From a virus (taxonomy: Duplodnaviria; Caudoviricetes), in the IMG/VR virus record IMGVR_UViG_3300008255_000098: a stretch of DNA of 64,000 bases. One strand, 5' to 3'. The notes beneath the pieces were generated by a model. That model saw only the letters and a list, made by a program, of their open reading frames with translations. It did not search any database and was not told the origin of the DNA. Positions 8,799-18,128 of this stretch are shown one piece after another (within the stretch, counting starts at the first letter, position 1; each line of letters starts with the position of its first letter). The translations under genes were made by a program, and so were the position numbers.

Positions 8799-8874
8799 GC
8801 CCAAGTACGCTAAAGGCAGTGCGGCTTTTCTCAAAAAAAAGTGGTTGTGAGTTCGACTCTCACCTTGGGTACCA
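8799..8874 (+). tRNA. Class I tRNA with CAA anticodon (nominally Leu, no variable arm)
   Basis: CTTTT-CTCAAAA-AAAAG; 5-nt variable loop; GCCCAAG/CTTGGGT; CCA. Confidence 0.7.
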
Positions 8875-9207
8875 AAACAGGAATAAATAAAATCTATGGA
8901 AACAACACCTAAAGCTGGAAAATTATACAAAGTGGTTGGTCCAGCAGAGTTTGTTCCAAATTTAGAAAGTTACGTCAGTTCATCATTCAAGTATCAATTA
9001 TATCGAATAACAGAAGAAATTCCTATAGGGGAAATTTTATTGTTTGTCGAAATACAACAAAACGTTGTTGAAAACAAATATTTACCTACTCTATTTGGTG
9101 ATAAAATAGAAATACTTCTTTACAAGTTCTTGTATGGGGAAAAAATCATTTATTTGGAGTGTTATAATGACGAAATGTTGCGTCAAGTGGAATAACATTC
9201 AGCCAAA

Positions 9208-9301
9208 TAAACAAAAACGGAATAAGGTGTTGTCACTAGGTGAGTCTAAGACCTTCGAAACTTATCCACGTCAGCTATACTGTCGTGGGAGGGTAATTCA
9301 C
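9208..9301 (+). mobile_element. Orphan IS200/IS605 right end / omega-RNA-like module (type A3, diverged)
   Basis: TAAACAAAAACGGAATAAGG..GAGTCTAAGACCTTCGAAAC..GGGTAATTCAC, homologous to A1/A2. Confidence 0.7.
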
Positions 9302-9347
9302 CATAGCCACATGAATAAGTATTATAGATTGCCTAATATTAGGCTGA

Positions 9348-10256
9348 ATGGAAAAAAATATGCGTGCATTAGTTTTAGGTGGAGGAGGCGCTAAGGGCGC
9401 ATTTCAGGCTGGAGTTTTTAAATACCTAGCCGAACAGGGAGAAAAGTTTGAAATCATCTCTGGTACGTCTGTAGGCGCTTTGAACGGGTCTTTCCTGGCT
9501 CAGTATGTTTTAGGTGACGAAGCCAAAGCATCACAGGAGTTAATATCTCTTTGGGAAAAAATCGAAGATAAAAAAATCTATAAGAAATGGTATTTTGGTA
9601 TTCTTGGCAAAGCTCCATTTCTTATGCCAAGATGGCTAGGTGGAAAGAAAAGCATGTTTACCACAAAACCATTAGAAAACAATATCAGTGGACTTTTGGA
9701 TTTGGAAAGAGTTAGAAGTTCAGGACATAAACTCCGAATTAATACAATAAACATAGATACTGGTGAATTAGAAGTGTTTGATGAAGATTTTGACCTGCTC
9801 AAAAAAGCAGTTTTAGCAAGTTCTTCTTTTCCTCCTGCTTTTGCTCCGGTAGAAATCAATGGAATGAGATATTTGGACGCAGGCGCACGAGAAATAGTGC
9901 CAATAGAAGCTGCAATAAAAGCTGGTGCTACAGATATTGTTGTAATTGCTTGTAGCCCATACAATGTAATAGGAAATTTAGCTAAGAAGCCATCAGGGCT
10001 TGATATAGCATTTCGGACAATAGACGCAAGTGGGGTTGAAATAGAAAAATGGGATTTGAAAATTGTTGAATTATATAATGCTTTAATAAAATCTGATAGT
10101 CCAATGGCGGGAGATAAAAAGATAATAAAGGTTACAGTTATTCGTCCAAAACAAGCTTTGTTAAGTGACACTTTAGATTTTAACCCTGAGAGGATCAGAA
10201 CAAATATTGAAAGAGGATATTTAGCTGCACAAGGGTTAGACAAAGTTTTAGAGTGA
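9348..10256 (+). CDS. Patatin-like phospholipase
   Basis: GGGAKG, GTSVG nucleophile elbow, DAG motif. Confidence 0.9.
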   Translation: MEKNMRALVLGGGGAKGAFQAGVFKYLAEQGEKFEIISGTSVGALNGSFLAQYVLGDEAKASQELISLWEKIEDKKIYKKWYFGILGKAPFLMPRWLGGKKSMFTTKPLENNISGLLDLERVRSSGHKLRINTINIDTGELEVFDEDFDLLKKAVLASSSFPPAFAPVEINGMRYLDAGAREIVPIEAAIKAGATDIVVIACSPYNVIGNLAKKPSGLDIAFRTIDASGVEIEKWDLKIVELYNALIKSDSPMAGDKKIIKVTVIRPKQALLSDTLDFNPERIRTNIERGYLAAQGLDKVLE

Positions 10257-10307
10257 AATATGTCAGCGAGCCTTGAGCACATAGGGCAAGTCCTACCGCT
10301 GACCCTC

Positions 10308-10382
10308 GCCTCATAAGCATAAATGGTGATGCACCGGCTTTGTAAACCGGAAAATTCGGTTCGATTCCGAAATGAGGCTCCA
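10308..10382 (+). tRNA. tRNA-Thr(TGT)
   Basis: Loop TTTGTAA; GCCTCAT/ATGAGGC; CCA. Confidence 0.88.
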
Positions 10383-10408
10383 AAAAATTCTACTATATTG
10401 TAGAAAAC

Positions 10409-10479
10409 GCCCTGTTAGTATAATGGTATTACCCTCGCCCCGTAAACGAGGAACGTCGGATCGTTACCGACACAGGGCT
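10409..10479 (+). tRNA. tRNA-Thr(CGT)
   Basis: Loop CCCGTAA (C33); T-loop ATCGTTA. Confidence 0.78.
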
Positions 10480-10494
10480 CTAAGTTAAAAAAAT

Positions 10495-10569
10495 GCATCC
10501 GTGGTCTAATGGAAGGGCACTGGTCTACGAAACCAGTTCATGTAGGTTCGAATCCTGCCGGATGCGCCA
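10495..10569 (+). tRNA. tRNA-Arg(ACG)
   Basis: CTGGT-CTACGAA-ACCAG; CCA. Confidence 0.92.
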
Positions 10570-10739
10570 AACGTATACAGAAAAATATACTAAATTAGTT
10601 TACAAGGCTGGGCGTTAAAAACCCATCCATTTACTTTTAATCCACAGGACGGAGAATTGTTCACCAGGGGTTAAGAACCTTTGATAGAAAGAGCGGAAGT
10701 GCATAAAGTTTTTGTAGAAACAATGAAATAATTTAACAA

Positions 10740-10820
10740 ATATTTTGGTAGCTCTATAATCTTGAGACATATAGGGCTGGTAGGCGAGGTCTCGGCCGGG
10801 TTCGAATCCCGCCAAAATAT
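10740..10820 (+). ncRNA. tRNA-like structure with acceptor stem and T-arm but no recognisable anticodon arm
   Basis: ATATTTTGG/CCAAAATAT; CGGG-TTCGAAT-CCCG; GCTCTATA/TATAGGGC hairpin. Confidence 0.45.
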
Positions 10821-10822
10821 TT

Positions 10823-10896
10823 GCCTTTGTAGTATAATGGTATTACACTTGCCTGGTATGTAAGAAACGAGAGATCGATACTCTCCAAAGGCTCCA
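10823..10896 (+). tRNA. tRNA-Thr(GGT)
   Basis: CTTGC-CTGGTAT-GTAAG; T-loop ATCGATA; CCA. Confidence 0.85.
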
Positions 10897-11020
10897 AAAA
10901 ATAGTTTTGCGGTATTAATTGAATGGCTTAGTCCTGCTTGAGGTGTTTCTTACGACATTATCTGGTACTCCACTCTTGTTCTTCCAGCCTCTTCAAATAA
11001 GTATGTAACTCATATTTCAT

Positions 11021-11094
11021 GGGCAAATAACTCAGTGGCAGAGTGCCTCTTTTACATGGAGGAAACGGCAGTTCAATCCTGTCTTTGCCTACCA
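11021..11094 (+). tRNA. tRNA-Val(TAC)
   Basis: Loop TTTACAT; CCA. Confidence 0.88.
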
Positions 11095-11144
11095 ATAAAA
11101 CCACAGCAGGGAGATTGATTCGATACCAATATTCCGCACTGTAT

Positions 11145-11221
11145 GCACGATGGGCTGGCTGGGATTAGGCACCTTCTCGACATGGAGGATTAGACAGGTT
11201 CAATTCCTGTGTCGTGTACCA
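11145..11221 (+). tRNA. tRNA-Val(GAC)
   Basis: Loop TCGACAT (C33); CCA. Confidence 0.78.
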
Positions 11222-11596
11222 AATTTTGTAGGCTATGAGCATTATTACAATCTGTGAAGGAAACAAGTATTATATACATCAACAACGTATTTTTAGCGGT
11301 CTTTTTTTTGGCATGTGACACAAAGCTAAAATTTAGCATTTAGAGGTTTATGAAAAAATTAAATTTAGGTATTCTTTATAAAAATGGGAAGGTAGTAGAT
11401 CATCGTTCAGCTTTACAGGTTTTTTTAAATCCCTTTTTACGAACAGCGGGATTTGAAATTTGCTCTATCTTTTTAGATGGGGAATTTGACAAATACGAAG
11501 TTAGAAAACTAGAAAAGGCGCAAGAATTTAATTTTGATTTATATTCTTGGAATGATTTTGATGAGGTAGAAAAGAAAAGACGAATAATATAAATTT

Positions 11597-11667
11597 GCGG
11601 GTATGGTATAATGATATTATGTTTGGTTTCCACCCAAAGGATCTGAGTTTGATTCTCAGTACCCGCT
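11597..11667 (+). tRNA. tRNA-Gly(TCC)
   Basis: TTTGG-TTTCCAC-CCAAA; GCGGGTA/TACCCGC; U73. Confidence 0.85.
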
Positions 11668-11689
11668 CTAAGTTAGTCAAATATTATTT

Positions 11690-11765
11690 CGGGCGTTAGT
11701 GAAAAGGATAATCACGCAGAACTCCGAATTCTGTATTACAAGTTCGATTCTTGTACGCTCGGCCA
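11690..11765 (+). tRNA. tRNA-Arg(CCG)
   Basis: CAGAA-CTCCGAA-TTCTG; CCA. Confidence 0.87.
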
Positions 11766-11883
11766 AATAATCTATGAAGCCTTATAGATAGTGGTTACAC
11801 ATGAGACTAGACTGGCGGTGGTTACACGCATTGTATCGTGTTTATGTGTAACCGTGTGGTCGCTCCACGATAGATTATTTTTT

Positions 11884-11954
11884 GCCTACGTTCTTAGGTT
11901 GAGAGCAAACGTTTCATAAGCGTTTTGGTGAAGGTTCGAATCTTTCCGTAGGCA
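11884..11954 (+). tRNA. tRNA with CAT anticodon (elongator Met or Ile2)
   Basis: AACGT-TTCATAA-GCGTT; GCCTACG/CGTAGGC. Confidence 0.8.
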
Positions 11955-11977
11955 CTAATATTTCAATAATGAAATAT

Positions 11978-12048
11978 GCGGGATTGGTATAAAGGTATTA
12001 CACGACATTGCCAATGTTGAGACATCGGATCGTTTCCGATATCCCGCT
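11978..12048 (+). tRNA. tRNA-Gly(GCC)
   Basis: CGACA-TTGCCAA-TGTTG; T-loop ATCGTTT. Confidence 0.85.
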
Positions 12049-12081
12049 CAAAAATAACATTCTAAAATAGGAAATAATATC

Positions 12082-12534
12082 ATGTATATTGTAGAAAAAA
12101 ATTCCAAAAAAAAGGTAGATGCGGAAGAATGGTTTGAATTCGAATCATATGGAAAAATTATATATGACCCGCCTCGGCCAGGAATGAAAAAAAATAAAGA
12201 TTGGTGGGTTATCTTTTCTGTAGATCGTGAAATAACAAGATATTTTCGTTGGCAAATTTTGTGGAATTGGGGAATTAAATTATACCAACCGTCTTGGGAC
12301 GCACATATTTCTATTATTAGAGGCGAACGTCCTGCAAATGATAAGATGCATCTTTGGAAGAAATTTCATGGGCAAAAGTTCAAATTCAAGTATTCAAATA
12401 AAGTATTTCAGGCTGACAATAAGCCAGAATTCTGGTACATACACGCACAGAGTCCGATTATCAAGGAAATACGTGAAGATTTTGGATTTCAATCAGATTG
12501 GACATCTCATATAACAGTTGGAAAAACATGTTAA
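12082..12534 (+). CDS. 2H phosphoesterase-fold protein
   Basis: Two Hx(S/T) motifs, AHISII and SHITVG, about 70 aa apart. Confidence 0.6.
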   Translation: MYIVEKNSKKKVDAEEWFEFESYGKIIYDPPRPGMKKNKDWWVIFSVDREITRYFRWQILWNWGIKLYQPSWDAHISIIRGERPANDKMHLWKKFHGQKFKFKYSNKVFQADNKPEFWYIHAQSPIIKEIREDFGFQSDWTSHITVGKTC

Positions 12535-12563
12535 CAAATGTAACAAACTGGTTTACAACTTTT

Positions 12564-12598
12564 ATTAACTACCCACCCGCAACGGGTGGGTAGTTAAT
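12564..12598. repeat. Perfect 16-bp inverted repeat resembling an IS200/IS605 subterminal hairpin
   Basis: ATTAACTACCCACCCG-CAA-CGGGTGGGTAGTTAAT; arm matches GGTGGGTAGTT of module A1. Confidence 0.75.
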
Positions 12599-12769
12599 CT
12601 AACGGCATTGCACATTTAAATTTTGATGGGGGTTAGTTCTAATCCTTCAATTGATTATATAGAATGCGTATATATTGGTGCAAGCTCATCTAAAGCCGCA
12701 CAGGCTAGAAAATTAGTGGCAAATGCTGTTTATCCAAAAGGTTATACACCTGGCAATTGAAACTTTTTT

Positions 12770-12841
12770 GGGGGTATGGTGTCAATGGGAACACGCTGAC
12801 TTGGCTAGCCAGAGTTTTGAGTTCGAGTCTCAATATCTCCA
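12770..12841 (+). tRNA. tRNA-Ala(GGC)
   Basis: G3:U70; loop TTGGCTA with pyrimidine 37. Confidence 0.75.
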
Positions 12842-12851
12842 CTAAATAAAT

Positions 12852-12945
12852 GGAAGAGAAACCAGTCAGGGTACTGGGCACGCCTGGAAAGCGTTGCGGA
12901 CGGGCTAAGAACCTGTTTGGGCTTCGATTGCTCTCGCTTCCGCCA
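12852..12945 (+). tRNA. tRNA-Ser(GGA)
   Basis: Loop CTGGAAA; long variable arm; G73; CCA. Confidence 0.85.
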
Positions 12946-13070
12946 AAATAAAGATGTATTCTTTTTAAATAGTAAAAAACGTGAGAAGTAAATTCAAGAT
13001 GCAACAAAAAAGTATTGTGAATATGTTGATTTGATTATCAAACAAACTATAAGCTATATTTAAACAAACT

Positions 13071-13161
13071 GGAAGGTAACCTATGACGGTGATTAGGCTT
13101 GCCTGCTAAGCAAAGTGGACTCGTGAAACAGTCTGGGGTTCGACTCCTCTGCCTTCCGCCA
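13071..13161 (+). tRNA. tRNA-Ser(GCT)
   Basis: Loop CTGCTAA; variable arm; G73; CCA. Confidence 0.88.
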
Positions 13162-13244
13162 AGTTTAAACAAAATGGTTTAGATATTTTAGTTCAATCTA
13201 AAATTTTGTCGTGTTATAAAATATTGTTACGATAGGAAAAATAT

Positions 13245-14843
13245 ATGTGCGGAATTTTTGCCTATAAAGGAAGTTTGATTCCCTTTGAGGAACTAGAAAA
13301 GCAATTTATGAAATTGCAACATAGAGGACCAGACAACATGCAAATAGATGTTGACCCTCAAAAAAAAGTATTTCTAGGTTTTCATAGATTATCAATAATG
13401 GATTTAACTTCCAAAGGAAACCAACCATTTGTTGATGGTACAATACGTTTGTTGTGTAACGGAGAAATCTATAACCACGAGAGTCTAAAACAGGAAATAA
13501 ATTACAAATGTCACTCTGCAAGTGACTGTGAAATTTTACTACCACTTATTGAAAAATTTGGGTTGCTTGAAACATCTAAAAAATTAGATGCAGAGTTTGC
13601 ACTAATATGGTATGACCATAAAACACAAAAAATGATGGCTGCACGTGACCCAATTGGCATTCGTCCTTTATTTTGGGGGAAGACAACTTCTGGAGAAATA
13701 GCCTTTGCGTCCGAGGTCAAAGCATTAGTGGACATTTGTGAGTTTGTTGAAGCATTTCCACCGGGATTTATTTGGGATGGCAATGAATTAATTGAATTTA
13801 GTGATGCAGGCTGTCAGCCTAAAAAAACTCTTTCCGGGTCAGAGCCCATGAAAGAAAAAGAAGTCCTGTACGGAATATCCTATAAGCTTACAGAGGGTGT
13901 TAGAAAGAGGATGGGGGCTGACGCTCCGATTGGATTTTTGTTGAGCGGAGGTCTTGACAGTAGTCTAATTTGTGCTTTGGCAGCTAAAATCTCTGACAAG
14001 CCTATAAAGACGTTTTCTGTGGGGTCAAATATTGACGCAATTGATAATAAATATGCAGAATTAGTTGCAAAACATATTGGCGCTGAACATACTACAGTAT
14101 TGTTTACACAACAAGATGCAACAAGTAGACTAGATGAGCTAATTCGAAAATTAGAGACGTGGGATATTACGACTATCCGTGCTTCTGTTGGAATGGATTT
14201 TGTATGCGAGTGGATACATAAAAATACAAATATTAAAGTGTTGATGACAGGAGAAGTTAGTGATGAATTATTTGGATATAAATATACAGATTATGCCCCG
14301 AATGCAACTGAGTTTCAAAATGAAGCAATTAAAAGAATGAGAGAATTATACATTTATGACGTACTTCGAGCGGACAGGTGTATTTCTGGGCATTCGTTAG
14401 AAAGCAGAGTTCCTTTTGGAGATTTAAATTTTGTAAGCCATGTGATGAATATTCCAGCTGAAATGAAAATGAACACACACGGGCAAGGAAAATATTTATT
14501 ACGCAAAGCCTTTTCCAATATTAACCTTTTGCCGGAAGAAATCCTTTATAGAGAAAAGGCAGCGTTTTCAGATGCAGTTGGACACTCAATTGTTGATGGA
14601 ATTAAGTTTTATGCTGAAACCAACATAAGTGATAAAGAGTTATTAGATGCAAAACAAAAGTACAGTTATGGAACTCCTCTGACAAAGGAAGCTTTATTGT
14701 ATCGTAATATTTTTGAAAGACACTATCCTGGCAGAAGTGAGTTAATTAAAGATTTTTGGTTACCAAATAAAAATTGGGAAAATTGTAATGTTACTGATCC
14801 AAGTGCTCGTGTGTTGCCTAATTACGGAGACAGCGGCAAATAA
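13245..14843 (+). CDS. asnB: Asparagine synthetase B (glutamine-hydrolysing)
   Basis: N-terminal MCGI Ntn domain, HRGPD, NGEIYNH, LSGGLDSS, GEVSDELF, LESRVPF. Confidence 0.95.
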   Translation: MCGIFAYKGSLIPFEELEKQFMKLQHRGPDNMQIDVDPQKKVFLGFHRLSIMDLTSKGNQPFVDGTIRLLCNGEIYNHESLKQEINYKCHSASDCEILLPLIEKFGLLETSKKLDAEFALIWYDHKTQKMMAARDPIGIRPLFWGKTTSGEIAFASEVKALVDICEFVEAFPPGFIWDGNELIEFSDAGCQPKKTLSGSEPMKEKEVLYGISYKLTEGVRKRMGADAPIGFLLSGGLDSSLICALAAKISDKPIKTFSVGSNIDAIDNKYAELVAKHIGAEHTTVLFTQQDATSRLDELIRKLETWDITTIRASVGMDFVCEWIHKNTNIKVLMTGEVSDELFGYKYTDYAPNATEFQNEAIKRMRELYIYDVLRADRCISGHSLESRVPFGDLNFVSHVMNIPAEMKMNTHGQGKYLLRKAFSNINLLPEEILYREKAAFSDAVGHSIVDGIKFYAETNISDKELLDAKQKYSYGTPLTKEALLYRNIFERHYPGRSELIKDFWLPNKNWENCNVTDPSARVLPNYGDSGK

Positions 14844-14850
14844 AGTATAA

Positions 14851-14920
14851 GACGGGGCACCTCGGGGGTACATACGACTGCAAATCGTCATGTTTAAGAG
14901 TTCGACTCTCTTCCTCGTCT
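14851..14920 (+). tRNA. tRNA-Cys(GCA), weak D-arm
   Basis: ACGA-CTGCAAA-TCGT; GACGGGG/CCTCGTC; U73. Confidence 0.75.
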
Positions 14921-15255
14921 CTAGTGTAACCAGTTTAAAAAATCCTGTTTTGTGTTATTCCTAGCACAGAGGCAGGATTTGTTAGTTAACACCAAAGAAG
15001 CGGAAAATGAAGCTATTTTAGCTGAACTTGATAAGAACGGGTTTGTTTGGGTGTCCGTGACAAATAAACAGAATGAACATATCAAAATTACCAAAACGAC
15101 AACTTGGAAAAATGGTGATTTAGTTTTATGTTTATTTAAAAAAGAGTTGCATGTCATGTTAGTTAAAAAAGAATCTATCTTAGAAGATAAAGAACGAGTT
15201 ATTTTTGTATGTCCTAAAAATATTTTTGGAAAAGCAACACAAAGGAAGAACAAAA

Positions 15256-16170
15256 ATGACTAGGTATAAAAAAATTGAGAATATCCTTGTTGTTTACAAA
15301 AAGAGTAGTCTCCAAGAAGCTATTGACCACAATAACAAAAAAATCTTAGACTTAGTAAAAGAGAATCACCCATCAGTAGCAGATTATGTAATGGCGGATG
15401 AAGCACACTCTTTATCCCGTAAAAATGTTAAAGATGCTCTGGACGCCAAATTTCATGTTGAATATCAATATGATGTTGTTGAAAACGAAGTAAATAATTA
15501 TGATTTAGTAATAACTGTAGGAGGAGACGGAACATTTTTGTGGGCGTCAAAGTTTGTTAATTCTAAAGTACCAATGCTGGGAATTAATTCTTCCCCAACA
15601 ACTAGCTTTGGCTTCTTTACTGCATACAAAGGCAGCGACAGAGATTCTCTTATGACCTTGGCTGTTGATTTAGAAAGGCTAGGAATCAAAAGCTTTTCTA
15701 AGAAAAAAGTTGAGGTTGATAGGTTGTCACTTTTTGTAAATGGAAAAATGCTTCAAGACCACATTTTGAATGAAGTTTTATTTGCCGCTGAACATCCAGC
15801 AGCAATGACAAAATATGAAATTGTTATTTCGGATGGTCAAACATCAACCGTAGAAGTTCGTGAACCGCAAAGCTCTAGTGGAGTCTGGATTTCAGCACCA
15901 GCAGGATCGACTGGCGCAAATTATAGTGCTGGAGGTCAAGTATTAAATTTATTTGATCGTCGTGGGCAATATATAGTTCGGGAACCAGCAGTGGGTGGGA
16001 TGTGTTCCCTACACGGGTTTTTCTCACACGGCTCATCTATTAACTTTCTTTGCAAAACAAGAAAAGCGATTCTTGCATGTGACGGAACAAATATTACAAT
16101 TCCAGTGACTATTGGAGATTATATTTCTATTCAACATTCTAAAGAATCGCTTATTATTTTAGGGAAATAA
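15256..16170 (+). CDS. nadK: NAD kinase
   Basis: ITVGGDGTFL, LNE, SAPAGSTGANYSAGG, DG motifs; start moved to MTRYKK. Confidence 0.85.
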   Translation: MTRYKKIENILVVYKKSSLQEAIDHNNKKILDLVKENHPSVADYVMADEAHSLSRKNVKDALDAKFHVEYQYDVVENEVNNYDLVITVGGDGTFLWASKFVNSKVPMLGINSSPTTSFGFFTAYKGSDRDSLMTLAVDLERLGIKSFSKKKVEVDRLSLFVNGKMLQDHILNEVLFAAEHPAAMTKYEIVISDGQTSTVEVREPQSSSGVWISAPAGSTGANYSAGGQVLNLFDRRGQYIVREPAVGGMCSLHGFFSHGSSINFLCKTRKAILACDGTNITIPVTIGDYISIQHSKESLIILGK

Positions 16171-16448
16171 ATGAAATTTTGGAATAAAGATTTAATTATT
16201 GCCCAAAGAAATTGAGTTATAACCCAAAAGCTTTTCCTATAGATAAGAAATTTTTACGGGCTTAGAAGAAATAGAAGTTTTTGACAAAAAGCGTGTAGAA
16301 CTCTTTTTGGGCGTAGAAAGGATTGAATTGTTATTAGTAAATTAATACAACCTTTGCGTATATACTTTTAACTAAAATAGGTTTAAAACCAATGGAAAAT
16401 AGCTCATACTAATCAAGTAAACAAACTTTTAGATTACGAAGAAATATA

Positions 16449-16892
16449 ATGAATTTTGAAACTCCGAAATTAGCTGTTGATTGTATTGTAATAACCCCGA
16501 AGGGAGTCGTTCTTATAGAACGAAAGAATCCGCCTCATGGGTATGCAATTCCTGGCGGGTTTGTTGATGTTGGAGAAACTTTAGAAAATGCAGCTCGACG
16601 TGAAATGAAAGAAGAATTAAACCTGGATGTAAAAATCCTTGGTAGATTAGGCATTTATGATGAGCCCATTCGTGATCCAAGGCAACATGTAATTTCTGTT
16701 GTTTATGTCGGGAAAAGCGAGTTATCTCCTGTGGCTGGCGATGATGCAAAAGAAGCATTTGAAATTCCTTTGAAAATTGTTGATGGAGAGCCAGTTTTCG
16801 ATCGTAAATTTGCGTTTGATCACGAAACCATTCTTAGAGACTTTATTAAATCGGAATTTCTACAAGTTTATAGATTATATTACGGTAAATAA
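16449..16892 (+). CDS. Nudix hydrolase (ADP-ribose pyrophosphatase-like)
   Basis: PGGFVDVGETLENAARREMKEE Nudix box; RDPR, AGDDA, AFDH. Confidence 0.92.
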   Translation: MNFETPKLAVDCIVITPKGVVLIERKNPPHGYAIPGGFVDVGETLENAARREMKEELNLDVKILGRLGIYDEPIRDPRQHVISVVYVGKSELSPVAGDDAKEAFEIPLKIVDGEPVFDRKFAFDHETILRDFIKSEFLQVYRLYYGK

Positions 16893-16893
16893 T

Positions 16894-18111
16894 ATGGAAA
16901 AAACATATACACGAAGAGGATGGATACGTTCTATCCGAAAGAGTAAGAAACTCAGTTTTATCAGTGCCACTGATGGACAGGATGAGTTTCAGCTTACTAT
17001 TAAACATTTTGGAAAAGAAGACGATAGTAAAGTTTTTGGAGACTTTAAAGTAGGAGCTTCATTTGAAGCGTTTGGTAAAGATAGCTATACCCCACGTGGA
17101 GATTACGAATTTTCTGTAAAGGAAATTAAAATTGTTGGCGAAGCGGCTGACGATTTTGCTATTCAACCTAAAAAACATAGTGACGATTTTTTGCGAACTA
17201 TTCCTGAAGAACGTGGCAGAACTGCTTTATATCAGGGAGTTTGGAGAATTAGGCATAAGGTTTCACAAGAGTTACATCGGTTTTTTACGAGCAAAGATTT
17301 TATACAATTCTGGACACCTTGCATTACATCAGCGGATTGTGAGGGTGCAGGAGAAACATTTTCAGTAGAAACTGACTGGCTTAAAAGCCATCTAACGGTT
17401 TCTGGTCAACTGCATGGTGAAGTTGGTATGATGTCCTGTGGGAAGATTTATACTTTTGGGCCGTGTTTTCGTGCGGAGAAATCAACTGGTCGTCGTCATC
17501 TTGCAGAATTTTGGATGTTAGAACCAGAAATGGCTTTTTATTCTCTAAAAGAAACAATGGACCTTGTAGAAGACTTACTCAGCCATGTTTTTAGAGTCGC
17601 ATCAAATGAATATGAAAAAGAATTTGAGAAAATGCGGGTTTCAATGGACCATATTACTGAAATGATATCTTTGCAAAAAGCGTGGCTCCGCATGACATAT
17701 GAAGAAGTTTGTGATAAATACGGGCTTGTTTGGGGCACGGATATTAATGCTGAGTTGGAGCGCAAGCTAACAGAAGATTTAAAATCACCAGTATTTATCA
17801 CTCATTGGCCAAGGGAAATGAAACCTTTTTACATGAAAAATGACGGAATCGTAGCAGAGTGTTTTGACCTCATTTTCCCAGAGGTCGGAGAACTCATAGG
17901 GGGCTCTGTACGTGAAGAAAATTTTGAGAAACTTAAAAAATCAGTAGTTGATTCTGGAATAGATGCACAATCAATGGATTGGTATCTTAAAACTAGAAAA
18001 CACGGAACAGTGCCACATGCAGGTTTTGGATTGGGTTTTGAGAGACTTATAATGTATATTTGTAAGTTAGAAAAGATTCAAGATACGATTCCATTTCCAG
18101 TTAGTTATTAG
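16894..18111 (+). CDS. asnS: Asparaginyl-tRNA synthetase
   Basis: OB domain GWIRSIR, LTVSGQL, FRAEKS..RHLAEFWMLEPE, ELIGGSVRE, PHAGFGLGFER. Confidence 0.92.
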   Translation: MEKTYTRRGWIRSIRKSKKLSFISATDGQDEFQLTIKHFGKEDDSKVFGDFKVGASFEAFGKDSYTPRGDYEFSVKEIKIVGEAADDFAIQPKKHSDDFLRTIPEERGRTALYQGVWRIRHKVSQELHRFFTSKDFIQFWTPCITSADCEGAGETFSVETDWLKSHLTVSGQLHGEVGMMSCGKIYTFGPCFRAEKSTGRRHLAEFWMLEPEMAFYSLKETMDLVEDLLSHVFRVASNEYEKEFEKMRVSMDHITEMISLQKAWLRMTYEEVCDKYGLVWGTDINAELERKLTEDLKSPVFITHWPREMKPFYMKNDGIVAECFDLIFPEVGELIGGSVREENFEKLKKSVVDSGIDAQSMDWYLKTRKHGTVPHAGFGLGFERLIMYICKLEKIQDTIPFPVSY

Positions 18112-18128
18112 AGCAATTATGAGGAAAA

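Noticed and set aside
9578-10282. Long minus-strand ORFs antisense to real genes (also 1287-1694, 31882-32454, 44468-44818)
   Set aside because: They lie fully opposite well-supported + strand genes and lack recognisable motifs.
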